Virus record (IMG/VR): IMGVR_UViG_3300020074_002050
Coordinates: 1 to 60,188 of that record
Length of the DNA stretch: 60,188 bases
Reading direction: 5' to 3' (one strand)
From: a virus
Lineage: Duplodnaviria > Caudoviricetes
Of this stretch, positions 1 to 6,616 are shown in pieces. The notes beneath the pieces were generated by a model. The model searched no databases. It was given only the letters and a program-made list of their open reading frames with translations, and was not told the DNA's origin. Made by a program: the position numbers and the translations under genes. Within the stretch, counting starts at the first letter, position 1; every line of letters begins with the position of its first letter.

Positions 1-129
1 TTCGGAACTTCCGCTGGTTTAGCAACAAATATACCAAATTATATAAATGAAGTAAATAACACAATATCTTCATTAAGTAGTGGATATAAAGTTAATGAAG
101 TTGATTTAAGTGGATTTAAAATGTATTGA
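1..129 (+). CDS. 3' end of a truncated hypothetical protein
   Basis: Open frame 1 FGTSAGLATN...GFKMY ending TGA at 127-129. Confidence 0.5.
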   Translation, partial: FGTSAGLATNIPNYINEVNNTISSLSSGYKVNEVDLSGFKMY

Positions 130-136
130 AAGATGA

Positions 137-207
137 CTCCAGAGAAAGGATTCGAACCTCTAACACGCGCATTAAAGTGCGCTACTCTACCGTTGAGCTA
201 CTCTGGA
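137..207 (-). tRNA. Atypical tRNA with 6-nt anticodon loop (CTTTAA); identity undetermined; CCA not encoded
   Basis: Acceptor TCCAGAG/CTCTGGA, D-arm GCTC-AACGGTA-GAGT, stem GCGCA/TGCGC around CTTTAA, T-arm AGAGG-TTCGAAT-CCTTT. Confidence 0.75.
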
Positions 208-214
208 ACTAAAT

Positions 215-297
215 TGGCGTTCCCGACAGGATTCGAACCTGTATTTTCAGCTCCATTTACGATGACGGAGGTAGAAGCTCCGCTCGGCTACGGGAAC
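215..297 (-). ncRNA. Rearranged tRNA-like RNA with a TCT (Arg) anticodon-like arm and encoded CCA
   Basis: Acceptor GTTCCCG/CGGGAAC+G+CCA, T-arm ACAGG-TTCGAAT-CCTGT, hairpin CGGAG-CTTCTAC-CTCCG only 8 nt after the acceptor strand. Confidence 0.7.
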
Positions 298-327
298 GTT
301 AAAATTTTAAAAAGGAAAAATCTTTTG

Positions 328-723
328 CTATCTAAAATTTTTTTTATAATCTTCTAAAGCTGCTTGTAATGCTTCTTCAGCCAAAACACTACAGTGAATT
401 TTTACAGGTGGTAAACCTCCAAGAGCTTCTACTATTTGATCGTTATTAAAATTCTTTTGCAAATCATCTATAGTTCTGCCTTTTATTAATTCTGTAGCCA
501 TGCTAGAAGCTGCTATCGCGCTTCCACACCCAAATGTTTTAAACTTAGCATCAATAACTGTATTAGTTTTATCGTCTATTTTTAGACTAATTTTCATTAT
601 GTCGCCGCAAGCTGCCGCACCAACCTCACCAATTGCATTTGCATCTGCTAAATCCCCCATGTTGCGAGGATTTATAAAATGATCCATCACTGTGTTATTG
701 TATAAGGTGTATGAATCACTCAT
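328..723 (-). CDS. iscU: Fe-S cluster scaffold protein IscU/NifU
   Basis: MDHFINPRNMG, CGDIM, FKTFGCGSAIA, LPPVKIHC motifs. Confidence 0.95.
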   Translation of the reverse strand: MSDSYTLYNNTVMDHFINPRNMGDLADANAIGEVGAAACGDIMKISLKIDDKTNTVIDAKFKTFGCGSAIAASSMATELIKGRTIDDLQKNFNNDQIVEALGGLPPVKIHCSVLAEEALQAALEDYKKNFR

Positions 724-734
724 ATATAATTATA

Positions 735-740
735 TTACAC
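735..740 (-). promoter_or_regulatory. GTGTAA motif (putative phage late promoter) upstream of iscU
   Basis: GTGTAATATAATTATATATG; same motif precedes about 12 other starts. Confidence 0.55.
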
Positions 741-761
741 TTTTTTATTATTACAATAAAA

Positions 762-837
762 TGGTGGCTTAGGTGGGATTCGAACCCACACTTTGCAGAT
801 TTTAAGTCTGTTGACTCTGCCGTTGGTCTACTAAGCC
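762..837 (-). tRNA. tRNA-Leu(TAA), short variable loop
   Basis: GGCTTAG/CTAAGCC acceptor, loop CTTAAAA, TTCGAAT T-loop, CCA. Confidence 0.9.
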
Positions 838-856
838 GTTTGAAAATAACAAAAAT

Positions 857-931
857 TGGTAGCCCATGAGGGTATCGATCCCTCTTTCCCAGATTGAAAA
901 TCTGATGTCCTAGCCAGTAGACGAATGGGCC
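857..931 (-). tRNA. tRNA-Glu(TTC)
   Basis: GGCCCAT/ATGGGCT acceptor, loop TTTTCAA, variant T-loop ATCGATA, CCA. Confidence 0.88.
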
Positions 932-937
932 ATATCA

Positions 938-1009
938 TAGTCCAAGCGGGATTCGAACCCACAACTTCACCCTTATAAAGAGTTTACTCTGCCGTTGAGT
1001 TATTGGACT
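938..1009 (-). tRNA. tRNA-Ile(TAT); CCA not encoded
   Basis: AGTCCAA/TTGGACT acceptor, loop TTTATAA, TTCGAAT T-loop. Confidence 0.82.
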
Positions 1010-1033
1010 ATAATAAATATGCAATAGTCTCTG

Positions 1034-1106
1034 TGGGCCGTGCTGGACTTGAACCAGCAACCGACGAATTATGAGTTCGCTGCACAAACCATTATGCTAA
1101 CGGCCC
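1034..1106 (-). tRNA. tRNA with CAT anticodon (Ile2 or Met); CCA not encoded
   Basis: GGGCCGT/ACGGCCC acceptor, loop CTCATAA, T-loop TTCAAGT. Confidence 0.85.
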
Positions 1107-1132
1107 ATAGAAACTACTACATATTAAATTAA

Positions 1133-1205
1133 TTAAGCAGCGGGGAACGTATTCCCGTCTTATATTACTAACACACGTTAGATATAAGTGAACCTCACTG
1201 CTTAA
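1133..1205 (-). ncRNA. Structured three-way-junction RNA in the tRNA cluster
   Basis: P1 TTAAGCAGTG/CGCTGCTTAA, P2 CTTATAT.CTAAC-GTGT-GTTAG.TA.ATATAAG, P3 GGGAA-TACG-TTCCC. Confidence 0.55.
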
Positions 1206-1217
1206 AATCTGAAAAAA

Positions 1218-1292
1218 TGGTGCGTCCGGTGGAATTCGAATCCACAACCACCGGCTTAAAAGGCCGATGCTCTACCGTTGAGCTACGAACGC
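1218..1292 (-). tRNA. tRNA-Lys(TTT)
   Basis: Canonical cloverleaf, loop CTTTTAA, CCA. Confidence 0.93.
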
Positions 1293-1312
1293 ATTATTTA
1301 AAGAACATCGAC

Positions 1313-1340
1313 AACCTATTATATTTTCACCGATTGTCAA
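1313..1340 (-). promoter_or_regulatory. sigma70-type promoter for the tRNA cluster
   Basis: TTGACA-N16-TAGGTT. Confidence 0.6.
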
Positions 1341-1352
1341 GGAGAAATCTAA

Positions 1353-1424
1353 AGCCTCTCCAGAGACTTGAACTCTGCTCTGGGGTTTACAAAACCCCTG
1401 CATCGCCATCTATGCTTGAGAGGC
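1353..1424 (-). tRNA. tRNA-Thr(TGT); CCA not encoded
   Basis: GCCTCTC/GAGAGGC acceptor, GGGGT-TTTGTAA-ACCCC, T-loop TTCAAGT; A at position 8. Confidence 0.85.
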
Positions 1425-1439
1425 AACATACATACTTTC

Positions 1440-2363
1440 TTACTTACTTATACTTTCTAATACTTTACAACCATGAACAGTAATATGTCGCAATACATCA
1501 ATATTGATAAGTCCTTTTCTAATCAAAAATAATTCAAAATCTTTTTGTATAGCGGATCTTGACAAGCCAGTTTTTGCAGCCAACATTGATAGACTACAAC
1601 TACCTTCTTTACGCAATATATTTAGTATCTGCCATTCAATTCTATTTAAACCGTGAGGTAACACTCCTAGAATATGAAACAAATTAATTGCGTCGTTTTT
1701 TGTAAATTTATTCGCTGAAAGTCGGTCAGTATAAATTTTTACATCTCTTGCGCGGAGGACGCAAGAGCGAGCATTACCACGACTAGTTTGAGCTAGAATA
1801 TGTAATGCTTCATCATCAAATTGTATATCTGGCAATGATATTCTAAATATTTGCTGCAAATCATCTTCAGTGTAATCTGAAAATTCAATGAAAGTCAATC
1901 TATCGCGCAACGGAATAAATAAATCTTGCGACTCAGTTGTTGCAAATATAAAATGATGTTTTTTGAAATCAAAACTGTATACATTATCGCCAGCAGTGTA
2001 TTCTACTTTATTATCTTTTTCTGTATTGAGAATAGTCAGTAAAGCATATACAAAATCTGTTGGTAACGCATGACATTCATCAAAGAAGACAATAACTTCT
2101 TGATCGTTGATATGGGGCAGAAAAACTTGTTCAAAAAACTGTTTGCCCGATTTTATACTGCTGCTGTTGAGCGACAGTAGCGGTTTCTTACGTCCATTGG
2201 AACCAATGATGTTCTTGGAGAACTCTTGGGCAAACTTTGATTTGCCAAGACCTCTAGCTCCAATGAAATTAAGAAACGGAAAAGATCCAGTAACTTTGTA
2301 AGCTTCAATATAAAATTGTAGCTTGCGTTTTACAGCATCTTGCCCGACAAGTTCATTAAACAT
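1440..2363 (-). CDS. ruvB: Holliday junction branch migration ATPase RuvB-like
   Basis: FNELVGQ, Walker A GARGLGKS, Walker B FFDECH, ATTE..LRDR, RGNAR, RuvB-like C-terminal wHTH. Confidence 0.85.
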   Translation of the reverse strand: MFNELVGQDAVKRKLQFYIEAYKVTGSFPFLNFIGARGLGKSKFAQEFSKNIIGSNGRKKPLLSLNSSSIKSGKQFFEQVFLPHINDQEVIVFFDECHALPTDFVYALLTILNTEKDNKVEYTAGDNVYSFDFKKHHFIFATTESQDLFIPLRDRLTFIEFSDYTEDDLQQIFRISLPDIQFDDEALHILAQTSRGNARSCVLRARDVKIYTDRLSANKFTKNDAINLFHILGVLPHGLNRIEWQILNILRKEGSCSLSMLAAKTGLSRSAIQKDFELFLIRKGLINIDVLRHITVHGCKVLESISK

Positions 2364-2368
2364 ATTTA

Positions 2369-2629
2369 TCAGGAAATTACGAACTCGACTTTCGAATCCT
2401 CTTCCTTCGTATCTTGAAGCTGCTCCTGAATTTCGGGAGGCAGCGCATCACCATCTTGCGAAGAGGTCGCAGGAACGCTCTTGTACTTCGCGTACCAAGT
2501 GCGACCAACTTGCACGATTGCGTTTGGATCGTTGTTGAGCTTGGCAAGCAAGTCAGCCAACGTGATTTCAATGGTACTGGTCGATCCCTTCGGACGACCA
2601 CGGCCAGTCTTTTGTGATGGGTTATCCAT
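2369..2629 (-). CDS. Small AT-hook DNA-binding protein (start reassigned to 2629)
   Basis: GRGRPKGS AT-hook; ATG 8 nt downstream of a -10 box. Confidence 0.7.
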   Translation of the reverse strand: MDNPSQKTGRGRPKGSTSTIEITLADLLAKLNNDPNAIVQVGRTWYAKYKSVPATSSQDGDALPPEIQEQLQDTKEEDSKVEFVIS

Positions 2630-2637
2630 ACGCGATG

Positions 2638-2665
2638 AATTTAGCAGGTTTCTGAGGGTTGTCAA
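2638..2665 (-). promoter_or_regulatory. sigma70-type promoter, near-leaderless
   Basis: TTGACA-N16-TAAATT with upstream TG, 8 nt to ATG. Confidence 0.7.
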
Positions 2666-2709
2666 GGGGTCGATGCAAGATTTTTTGAGAAAGTTGGGGG
2701 TATGGGACG

Positions 2710-2753
2710 AAAAAAAGCCCGATTTGAAACACGGTTTCATGCGCTTCGGGCTT
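2710..2753 (-). terminator. Intrinsic terminator / long hairpin
   Basis: AAGCCCGA...TCGGGCTT followed by a T-run. Confidence 0.65.
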
Positions 2754-2819
2754 AACTGGATTTTGATAATTTATCAAATTTTATCCAGCATATATTTGCG
2801 CTAATATATATTACACTAT

Positions 2820-2981
2820 TTATTCTTCTTCGCGAGAATATTCTTCATCTTCTACATAAGTATTATCTAATTCATCTGCATAATCTTCGTAACAAAATGC
2901 ACAGACAATTTTCTTACCTACCTTTTGATAATCATCGTTTTCAACATCTATAAATTCATCACAGTATAAACACTTTTTCAT
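2820..2981 (-). CDS. Small acidic Zn-finger protein (53 aa, not in ORF track)
   Basis: MKKCLYC...VCAFCYEDY, two CxxC. Confidence 0.6.
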   Translation of the reverse strand: MKKCLYCDEFIDVENDDYQKVGKKIVCAFCYEDYADELDNTYVEDEEYSREEE

Positions 2982-3069
2982 ATATTGTATTTGTACATAT
3001 CATAACCAATATTGTGAAAAAATAAATAAAAAAAATCTTTTTTTTTGTTATTATAGTGTAGAGATTATT

Positions 3070-3714
3070 ATGAGCAATGATTTTCAAAATTTATGGCGTG
3101 TCGGAGTGATGGAATGTTATCCACAATTTAGTGGCGAAACAGATTATGTATTTACAGTTCACTGGGACTGTTTAGCTTATTATTCTGGTGGCAGCGGTGG
3201 ACCTTTTTATGGCAGAACTTATTCTTCAACTGCAATACCTGCCACAACAGGTGAATTCATTCCATATCAAAATTTAACTGAACCTGAAGTGCTAAGTTGG
3301 GTCTGGAATCAAATCGGTCAAGATCAGAAAAATCAATATGAAAGTGGAGCAATGCAACAAATTTATAATCAACTAGTTCCACCTGTTGTACAACCTCCTT
3401 TGCCTTGGACACCTGATGTATTCCCTGTTATTGCTCCTAGCATATCAACACAACCTCAGAATGTTTCTGGATATCTTGGAGGAAATGCTTCATTTGTAGT
3501 GACAGCAAATGGTCAACCTTTAAATTATCAATGGAGAAAAGATTCAGTAAATATTCCTAATGCAACTAATTATATTTATAATATATCTGGTATACAAAAT
3601 AACGATGCTGGTTCCTACGATGTTTATATCTACAATTCTACAGGTAATGTATTCAGTAATTCAGCTTCACTAATATTGCCATCACCCACAGAATGCGAGT
3701 GCAATTCTTGCTGA
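3070..3714 (+). CDS. Phage protein with C-terminal immunoglobulin domain
   Basis: APSISTQPQ...YQWRKD...DAGSYDV Ig pattern; Pro-rich linker; GTGTA motif at 3056. Confidence 0.8.
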   Translation: MSNDFQNLWRVGVMECYPQFSGETDYVFTVHWDCLAYYSGGSGGPFYGRTYSSTAIPATTGEFIPYQNLTEPEVLSWVWNQIGQDQKNQYESGAMQQIYNQLVPPVVQPPLPWTPDVFPVIAPSISTQPQNVSGYLGGNASFVVTANGQPLNYQWRKDSVNIPNATNYIYNISGIQNNDAGSYDVYIYNSTGNVFSNSASLILPSPTECECNSC

Positions 3715-3788
3715 AGTCGCTGCTAAACGTTCAGCTTAAATAACAGTATTGCCATAACCTACGGGAGTTTAAAATAACATAAAAATAT

Positions 3789-3816
3789 AACCCTCTATGA
3801 AAATAGAGGGTTTTTT
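3789..3816 (+). terminator. Intrinsic terminator between convergent genes
   Basis: AACCCTCTAT-GAAA-ATAGAGGGTT+TTTT. Confidence 0.75.
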
Positions 3817-4060
3817 ATTGACTTTCTTGAGTGTACATATCTAAAATTATGATTTTGTCATCACACTGATCTAAATAACCTTCATCTTTTAGAAATTTTA
3901 TGATATGATCGCGGCAGCAATTGTTTTGAGAGTCACATTTATTAGGATGTTTTAAGGTTATTAATTGTTTATTAAAACCTATTATATTATGACCGCGAAA
4001 GTCTAATTTAAAAAGAGGGTCGAAATATTTTTCATCGCCTAACGTGTCTCGTAAATTCAT
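3815..4060 (-). CDS. Hypothetical protein
   Basis: ORF coupled by ATGA overlap. Confidence 0.6.
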   Translation of the reverse strand: MNLRDTLGDEKYFDPLFKLDFRGHNIIGFNKQLITLKHPNKCDSQNNCCRDHIIKFLKDEGYLDQCDDKIIILDMYTQESQ

Positions 4061-4323
4061 TTCTTTACAAACTTATTATACACAAGTTTTCCTAAATTGG
4101 CTGCAAATTTTCTTGCTTTGTATTCTGGCATCTCAAAAAAATGAGCGTGAAATACTTCTTCTATTAGTACATTAAGTTGGCGACGAGTTAACAATCGCGG
4201 ATCAATATGTATTTGAGGATACTTTAGATGTGGAGGATCGCATAAACCAGAAGCGTTCTGTCTACCTAATGGTTTATTATAATTAACAGTATACTCTATT
4301 TTTTCGAAATTTTTAAATTTCAT
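4057..4323 (-). CDS. Hypothetical protein, zincin-like (EExxH)
   Basis: GLCD...VLIEEVFHAHF. Confidence 0.5.
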   Translation of the reverse strand: MKFKNFEKIEYTVNYNKPLGRQNASGLCDPPHLKYPQIHIDPRLLTRRQLNVLIEEVFHAHFFEMPEYKARKFAANLGKLVYNKFVKK

Positions 4324-4850
4324 AGTTCTTTCATTTTTGATAATGGAACAACATAATTGTCAGGATTATATTGTCCATATCTTTTTTTTATTTTCTCTCT
4401 TTCGAAATCAGAACGACATATTTCCGCTAATAATTCTACTTCTAAAGTTTTTTGAGAATCGGAATTGAGTGCTTTTAAAATATTATCTTTGTTTGTCCGC
4501 GCCAATATATATTTTGATGGTTTTTTATTATTGTACTCTTGAACTTTGACTTTTAGTTCTGGCTCGCCTGAGCCATAATAAGTAATTGTTTTTACTTCTT
4601 CCCCATTAAAGTCTTCGTCATCTCGTATTTCATAAATAGTTTCATCAATATTTTTATTTGTATGTTTAGCCCAAGCGTATTCGCCAACGATTCCAATAAA
4701 ATGCGGTAAATAATTTTCCAAAGGATTGTTAAGATTTCTATTTATAAGAATTCCAGAATTTTTTATATTAGAAGGTTTAGCGTCATGCCGCTTTTTAGCT
4801 AAAGATAATATATAATTTATTTCTTTATTTTTAATTGTAATAGTAATCAT
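4320..4850 (-). CDS. Hypothetical protein, possible PD-(D/E)XK fold
   Basis: GIVGEYA...D...EVKT pattern. Confidence 0.5.
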   Translation of the reverse strand: MITITIKNKEINYILSLAKKRHDAKPSNIKNSGILINRNLNNPLENYLPHFIGIVGEYAWAKHTNKNIDETIYEIRDDEDFNGEEVKTITYYGSGEPELKVKVQEYNNKKPSKYILARTNKDNILKALNSDSQKTLEVELLAEICRSDFEREKIKKRYGQYNPDNYVVPLSKMKEL

Positions 4851-4900
4851 TTAGACCTATTGCTGTGTTTTTAATAAAAAAAATGCATTTATAAAATAAA

Positions 4901-5482
4901 TCATATTTTGATTTTATTCTCTATTGTATGTAAAATACGAGATAAATCACTAAGTATCTTACTAGTTTTGCGAAATATAAAACTAATAGTCTTATTATAT
5001 GGTTTAACAAAATACTTATATCTCAAAGACTTTGTAAACTCATAATTTCGTTTTAGCTTTAGATCAAATTCAATATCTCTTTTTTTTCTATCAGCATTGT
5101 CGTTTGCTTCGAACGATATTAAATTAACCGAAGTTATTTTACCATTAACAAATACCGCTTCATATTCTATATAATAATCATAATCAGTATTATTTGATGA
5201 TAGATAATCATAAAATACAATAGTTGCGGTAGTTTTTAATTCTTCAAGCCACTTCTTAGTAACGTTAAGATAACCAAATTTTCCAATGAAGCTTTCAGAA
5301 TCTTTATTCCCTTCAACCCATTCGCGTTCAAAACGATGAAGAAATAATCTACCATTTTCATCAATATCGTATGATTCAAGAGCTAAATCAAAATCTTTAG
5401 TTTGAAAATCATGAGAACCAGTATAACCTTTTGGGTCATCTGGCATTGGCAATGGATATTTGCAAAATATAGTATCGTACAT
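4901..5482 (-). CDS. Conserved phage hypothetical protein
   Basis: MYDTIFCKYPLP...FQTKD...YDIDENGRL pattern. Confidence 0.65.
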   Translation of the reverse strand: MYDTIFCKYPLPMPDDPKGYTGSHDFQTKDFDLALESYDIDENGRLFLHRFEREWVEGNKDSESFIGKFGYLNVTKKWLEELKTTATIVFYDYLSSNNTDYDYYIEYEAVFVNGKITSVNLISFEANDNADRKKRDIEFDLKLKRNYEFTKSLRYKYFVKPYNKTISFIFRKTSKILSDLSRILHTIENKIKI

Positions 5483-5508
5483 TCCGATAGATTTACCCTC
5501 CCTTTCTT

Positions 5509-5745
5509 TTACTTGTTGTACTTAGCCTCTTTATGATCTAGGATATCCTCAATAAATTTAAGAAAAGCGAGATAATCAACTCTATCTGGCTCTGGCAAAT
5601 TTTTATGATCTACATGAGCCAAATAATCATGAATAACGCCAGCATAATATGATGGAATAATAATATTCTTCCCATCATATTTAAGATCGTCACTTTGAAT
5701 AACTACATTCTCGTTAGGATTCTTCATATATAAATCTTTCTTCAT
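5509..5745 (-). CDS. Hypothetical protein
   Basis: ORF with its own promoter. Confidence 0.65.
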   Translation of the reverse strand: MKKDLYMKNPNENVVIQSDDLKYDGKNIIIPSYYAGVIHDYLAHVDHKNLPEPDRVDYLAFLKFIEDILDHKEAKYNK

Positions 5746-5752
5746 CGTGTTT

Positions 5753-5780
5753 ATACTAAGTTCTAGGTGGTATAAGTCAA
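5753..5780 (-). promoter_or_regulatory. sigma70-type promoter, near-leaderless
   Basis: TTGACT-N16-TAGTAT, 7 nt to ATG. Confidence 0.65.
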
Positions 5781-5788
5781 TGGTTTTT

Positions 5789-6175
5789 TCATAATTTTTC
5801 TATCTTACCTTCGGTATTCGAAAAGTAAACATCATACAGACCATACGATTTAATAAGACTAAGGCAACCGGGACAAGGTTTGCTATTGGCAAGTTGCTTT
5901 TTTCTATCAACCCGCAAAACAATCATACTGTGATCGTGCAAATCTTGTTTGCCAGATTTAAGAATAACATCTAGCTCAGCATGAGTGCCGACATATCCAT
6001 CATGATATGGATGTTTTACAATTTCTGGATGTGTACGTTTTCTATTCCAGCCAATCTTAGTAATCTTATTCTTTTTGACGAGAAATGCAATATGTGAATT
6101 ATTGACATCTTTCCAATTGACAGGACAAAGCGCATGAGCAGTTTCTATTGCGCGTTTCAATATTCGCGGTTTCAT
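5789..6175 (-). CDS. Zn-dependent cytidine/dCMP deaminase-fold protein
   Basis: HAE...KPCPGC motifs; start at ATGA overlap. Confidence 0.75.
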   Translation of the reverse strand: MKPRILKRAIETAHALCPVNWKDVNNSHIAFLVKKNKITKIGWNRKRTHPEIVKHPYHDGYVGTHAELDVILKSGKQDLHDHSMIVLRVDRKKQLANSKPCPGCLSLIKSYGLYDVYFSNTEGKIEKL

Positions 6176-6462
6176 CGCCACGTTCGATGTTTTTCTCCAA
6201 TCCACTCACTACCAGAACAACCAAAAATAGACCATTCGATATCATCTGGAATGTCTACGATTTTTAAATCTGCATCAATTCCATTTGCTTTCTTTTTTAA
6301 TTTTTTTACTGCTTCGATCAAAAGATAATTAGTTCGATCACCATCAAATGAATAAGGACCAATTGTTTTTTTAGCATTCTTATCTTTTATTTTCTTTTTT
6401 ATAAATTCTACAGCTTCAGAACTAATAGAAAAGGTTCCTGAAAGGTTAATTACGACTTGCAT
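6172..6462 (-). CDS. Phage hypothetical protein
   Basis: VVIN..G.FSIS...LKIVDIPDDIEW...GSEWIGEKHRTW. Confidence 0.7.
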   Translation of the reverse strand: MQVVINLSGTFSISSEAVEFIKKKIKDKNAKKTIGPYSFDGDRTNYLLIEAVKKLKKKANGIDADLKIVDIPDDIEWSIFGCSGSEWIGEKHRTWR

Positions 6463-6616
6463 ATATACAAATTAATTTTTCGAGTTCATCACAGATATTT
6501 TTAATATCTTCAGTAAGTTGATTAGGTATAATACCAACTTCATCCATTGTGCGATCATCTTCGCCTGTGCGCCATTTGTTGTAAACGCGAAGACGTTCTA
6601 TAGCTTTTTCAATCAT
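6446..6616 (-). CDS. Hypothetical protein (56 aa, not in ORF track)
   Basis: MIEKAIERLRVYNKWRTGED..., fills the gap between coupled ORFs. Confidence 0.6.
   Translation of the reverse strand: MIEKAIERLRVYNKWRTGEDDRTMDEVGIIPNQLTEDIKNICDELEKLICIYASRN

Noticed and set aside
137-207. Genome-wide TAA recoding via an ochre suppressor
   Set aside because: Recognisable genes are full length under code 11 and commonly end in TAA
133-357. Plus-strand ORFs 133-357, 1217-1483 and 25465-25656
   Set aside because: They are antisense readings of tRNA genes
1133-1205. Hammerhead ribozyme
   Set aside because: Three-way junction lacks the CUGANGA and GAAA core
2630-2740. N-terminal extension of ORF 2369-2740 (likewise the extended starts at 19659, 24830, 30908, 47178)
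   Set aside because: The extensions run through promoters, terminators or upstream genes; downstream ATGs fit the promoter spacing
3690-3780. tmRNA (Ala-rich tag-like frame and T-arm-like GCGAG-TGCAATT-CTTGC)
   Set aside because: No acceptor stem with G3-U70, no CCA end, and too little room for pseudoknots
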